Positions 60,730 through 64,000 of a stretch of 64,000 nt of DNA are shown here, in pieces. Each line of letters begins with the position of its first letter. Position 1 is the first letter of the stretch. Origin of the DNA: Camelus dromedarius. Taxonomy: Eukaryota. Under the pieces are notes generated by a model. The model did no database searches. It was given only the letters and a program-made list of their open reading frames with translations, and was not told where the DNA came from. Position numbers and translations under genes: made by a program. The stretch is taken from positions 17,608,001 through 17,672,000 of the forward strand of contig NC_087462.1 in assembly GCF_036321535.1 (NCBI RefSeq). The letters run 5' to 3'.

Positions 60730-60935
60730 GCTCTTAAGTCAGACCGGGGATAAATCCTGGCCCTTGCCTACTCTCCGGACGACCCTGGGCACGTTCCTTA
60801 ACCTGAGTCTCACTTTTTGCATCCATAAAATGGGAACAGCACTGTGACTTACTGTGTAACATCTTAAGAGGGTAAGGCCACATAATGTATGTCAACTGCT
60901 TACCCCAGGGTCTGGCACACGGCACGTGCCTAAAA
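60730..60935 (+). mobile_element. MIR SINE
   Basis: AAGTCAGACCGGGATAAATCCTGGC...CTTAACCTGAGTCTCACTTTTTGCATCCATAAAATGGGAACAG...TCTGGCACAC. Confidence 0.85.
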
Positions 60936-61789
60936 CATCAGCTATGGATCGGGAGCTTTCCTGGGCACTGCCCATCTCCCCGTGGTGTTGCTTCGTCTTG
61001 TGAATAATGGAAGTTTTGTCAGATGCATGGGAACTAAGGAGATGGAAAAACGTGTTTATGCCCCTGGACTCAAAAGCTGTCCCATCCTTCTGTGACACCA
61101 TAATCTGAGCCGCAGCCCACAAGCCTGAACTCTCGCACCCCCTGCAGCCAGTCCTCCCTGCCCACACGCTTTTTGCCACACAACACCTGGGGCCTCTGCC
61201 CCATTTCAGGAGCCCGTCCAACGCCGGTTTGCTGGGCAGTATCTTTAGAGCAGCCAGGATCTGTACGAGGTGAGCACACCGGGGCCCCCAGGAGCTGAGA
61301 CAGGAAACCCTCTTCCAGGGGGGAAGCTGAAATGTAGCAAAGAGGGACACAGGTAGGGGCATCTCTTTGGTTTCGTGATTAAAACCGAAACTCGATCCCC
61401 CTGCTCAGGGAGACCCAACCACAGGTTTCATTTTTCAAAGTTCAAAGGACTACCTGGATGCTTATTAAGGGCCGACTCCTCTCCAGGATTGGGTTTCTCC
61501 ACTTTGAGCAGCTACTTGACCTCTCACCTCCACCCGTTCTGAGGTGAAGACTCACTTGGAATGAAAGCGAAGCTGAGCAGGTAGCCCTGGGCAGCCGGAG
61601 CCCGAGGAAGCTCCTTGGCTGGCTCCTCCTGCTCAGCTCAGGTCTCTGCCCGAATGTCCTTCCCGGACCTCCAAATAATAAAGTCGAATGCCTCTTATCT
61701 CTTCTGCACATTTTCCTTTCCTATTTTCTCAGGCCGTGTACCCCAGAGCATCTCATTTCTATATTTGCTTATTTGCTCTTGTTGCTGCC

Positions 61790-61870
61790 CCTAGACTGTC
61801 AGCTCCATCAGAAGAGAAACTGCCTGTCTTGTTCATGCTATAAGCCCAGTGTGTGCTGGTTTTCGCATCG
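61790..61870 (+). mobile_element. L2 LINE 3' end
   Basis: CTAGACTGTCAGCTCCATCAGAAGAGAAACTGCCTGTCTTGTTCATGCTATAAGCCCAG. Confidence 0.7.
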
Positions 61871-61970
61871 AGTAGTGGAAGGAAAAGAGGTAAAGATTTA
61901 TCAAATGCCACACCAAAACCAAGAGGCCTGCCTGCCAGTGGAGCCTGGAGTACAGAGAATGCTCTGTTAA

Positions 61971-62014
61971 GGAAGGAAGGAAGGAAGGAAGGAAGGAAGG
62001 AAGGAAGGAAGGAA
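61971..62014. repeat. (GGAA)11 microsatellite
   Basis: Directly visible. Confidence 0.97.
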
Positions 62015-63570
62015 GCAAAGACATAAATGGTCTTTTACTCTTGACATCCCAAAGCTTTGTGACACACTCGTGCACTGACCATACTTTTTATGACATCATT
62101 CACCAGGACTGAGCAATTCAAGATCATTGTGTCTGAAGCATCACCTGCCAGCATACGTTATACATACTTCCTCTCACGCGCTGTGTTTAGTGAATTTTCT
62201 GGCGATGGTGTGGATACCCAGGTACGTGGAGTGGAACGTCAGTATAAATTTGATGAGAGCCCGGAAACCCGAAGTCTGGGTAGGGGAGAGAGGATGGTGA
62301 CATAGGGAGAGGAGAAAGACCAGGAATAGTCAGGGCTGTCCTTTGGCTGAAGCCTAAGACAGATAAACGAAAAAGGACTGGCCAAGAGTTACGTCCAGCT
62401 AGCTTCCCTCCCGTGGACACGCCTGCTGGCTTTTGCTCCTCTGATCTGGGAAATAGCATTCCCCGTACACAGGGCTGCAGGCAAGGAAGAGAAGTTGGGC
62501 AGAGAAGGGGTAGCTGGGTTTGCAGGAGGATGAAGACGCAACCTCAGAAGGCTGCAATGGCTGCAGGCTACAGGACAAAGCTTCCAGGAGGACCGAAGGC
62601 AAAACCTGGTCATCGATGCAGGATACACATCCATTCAAAAATAAACTGCAAACCAATGACGGAACAAAAATAAAGCAACACCCTTTACAAGTTGCTGTAT
62701 TTGGCCCAGTGTCGGTTTTCTCTATATTATGAAAGAATGAAACACAAGCAGTTCTGGCCACCCCCGCCCCTCCAACCTTGCCATGGTGACTGTTGCTGCC
62801 TGCCCCTCCGAGGCAGCTGTTTCCACGTCTAGGACAGAACGCTCCTGCAAGGGCAGGTTCAGGGCATGTTCCCGGTGACCCTGGATCAGTAGGAGAGCTC
62901 CTGCAGGTGTGTGTTTAATGCTGTGGGGGCCTCTGCGAAGGGAGTCTGGATTTCTGAGTTCCAGGAGCCAGTGAGCAAGGGGGTTCCAAAAGGCAGTTTG
63001 GTGATACCCACGTGTGCCCCATGCACAGACAGGCAGAAGCAAAGTGGCCTCCGGGATTGTCCCACAATGACATGTGACCTGTAGCTGTGTAACTCTGTTG
63101 TAATGACCCCTCTGGAACTTTCTAACGTTATTGATGAAATGAAGACACTGAACAGATAGATACACTCCAAAAATCTCCCAATTTAAAAATTCTATACTTC
63201 TATGACAAACGTGTCTCTCTGTGCTGTTTTCTTTCTCTTTCTTTTGCTTTTCCTGTCTTATCTTCTGCGTTTCCTCTTTCTTCCATCTTGGCCACGTCCC
63301 TCCCATCTGCCTCACAAGGACCAGTGACCCTCAAACAGCCCACCATGGAAGCCAGCAAATTAGCAACAGTTTTCACAAGGTTCGGAGCTGCAGATATCCC
63401 AAGATGATGACTCAGCTGTTGAGTTCTCAGGCTCTAAAACAAACCCCCAGGTCTCCCGTTGAGCAATGGCTAAGAAAAACCAGCCAGTTAGCAAGCCAGG
63501 GCCTCCTGATTGAGTCCTGTGGGTGCAGAGCTGTAAATACAGCCACTGCACCAAGAAGTTGGGTCTAATA

Positions 63571-63606
63571 CAGAAACGGGAGCACACAGAAGTGCTCCCG
63601 TTTCTG
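63571..63606. repeat. Perfect 15-bp inverted repeat with 6-nt spacer
   Basis: CAGAAACGGGAGCAC-ACAGAA-GTGCTCCCGTTTCTG. Confidence 0.97.
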
Positions 63607-63854
63607 CTGCAGAAGTCAAGACGGAGCGAGTGGTTGTACGTACAATGCTAGCAACTAAGGCATCATGCTGATTATACGAGGGGTGAATTTTATAGATCCA
63701 GAAAGCTTTCCTAGGAGAGGGCACTGTAATGTGGGAGTTTAGCAAAACGTAATTAATATCTGTCTTCATTAAGTGCATCTGTTTCTAGAAGTTGAGAAAT
63801 TACTTCATTTGGGATGAGCCCACCCACCGAAGCATATGCATTACACGTGATTCT

Positions 63855-63960
63855 CATTCCTGGGCACTGTGTCCTGCGAGCTGTGCTGAGCTCCTCGCCC
63901 ACATCTCATTCAGTCCTCATAAGAGAGGAGATGGATGTTAGCACAGGGGCGAGAGCATGT
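63855..63960 (-). mobile_element. MIR SINE fragment
   Basis: CCTGGGCACTGTG...ACATCTCATTCAGTCCTCATAAGAG. Confidence 0.55.
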
Positions 63961-64000
63961 TAATAGGTCACTCCAATTCTACCTTTCTCTGCACCTCAAT

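Noticed and set aside
1-64000. Prokaryote-type systems (CRISPR, operons, defence islands, IS elements) or viral insertions
   Set aside because: No spacer-separated repeats, long ORFs, or gag/pol/env or other viral similarity were seen; the sequence is non-coding mammalian DNA.

Overview
Mammalian genomic DNA, almost certainly camelid (Camelus or Vicugna/Lama): two copies of the camelid tRNA-derived SINE Vic-1 are present, each flanked by target-site duplications (TSDs), alongside artiodactyl-type L1 3' ends. I recognise no protein-coding gene, tRNA, rRNA, snRNA, miRNA or CRISPR array. The ORF track is explained by chance ORFs, low-complexity sequence, N-gaps and L1 remnants. The window reads as intronic or intergenic sequence, dense in ancient repeats (MIR, L2, an L3/CR1 reverse-transcriptase fossil, L1M fragments, hAT-Charlie and Tigger DNA transposons, one MLT1 LTR), with five assembly gaps. 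I did not find a convincing undescribed biological system. The best leads are modest: a CpG-rich, CArG-adjacent candidate promoter with two splice-compatible exons (15.7-16.1 kb, minus), a candidate regulatory element at 29.1-29.7 kb, a perfect 15-bp inverted repeat at 63.6 kb, a spliceable 111-codon frame ending at a poly(A) signal (60.0-60.4 kb, minus), and several isolated exon candidates. Repeat family names come from my recall of consensus sequences, boundaries of old repeats are approximate, and counts were done by hand.
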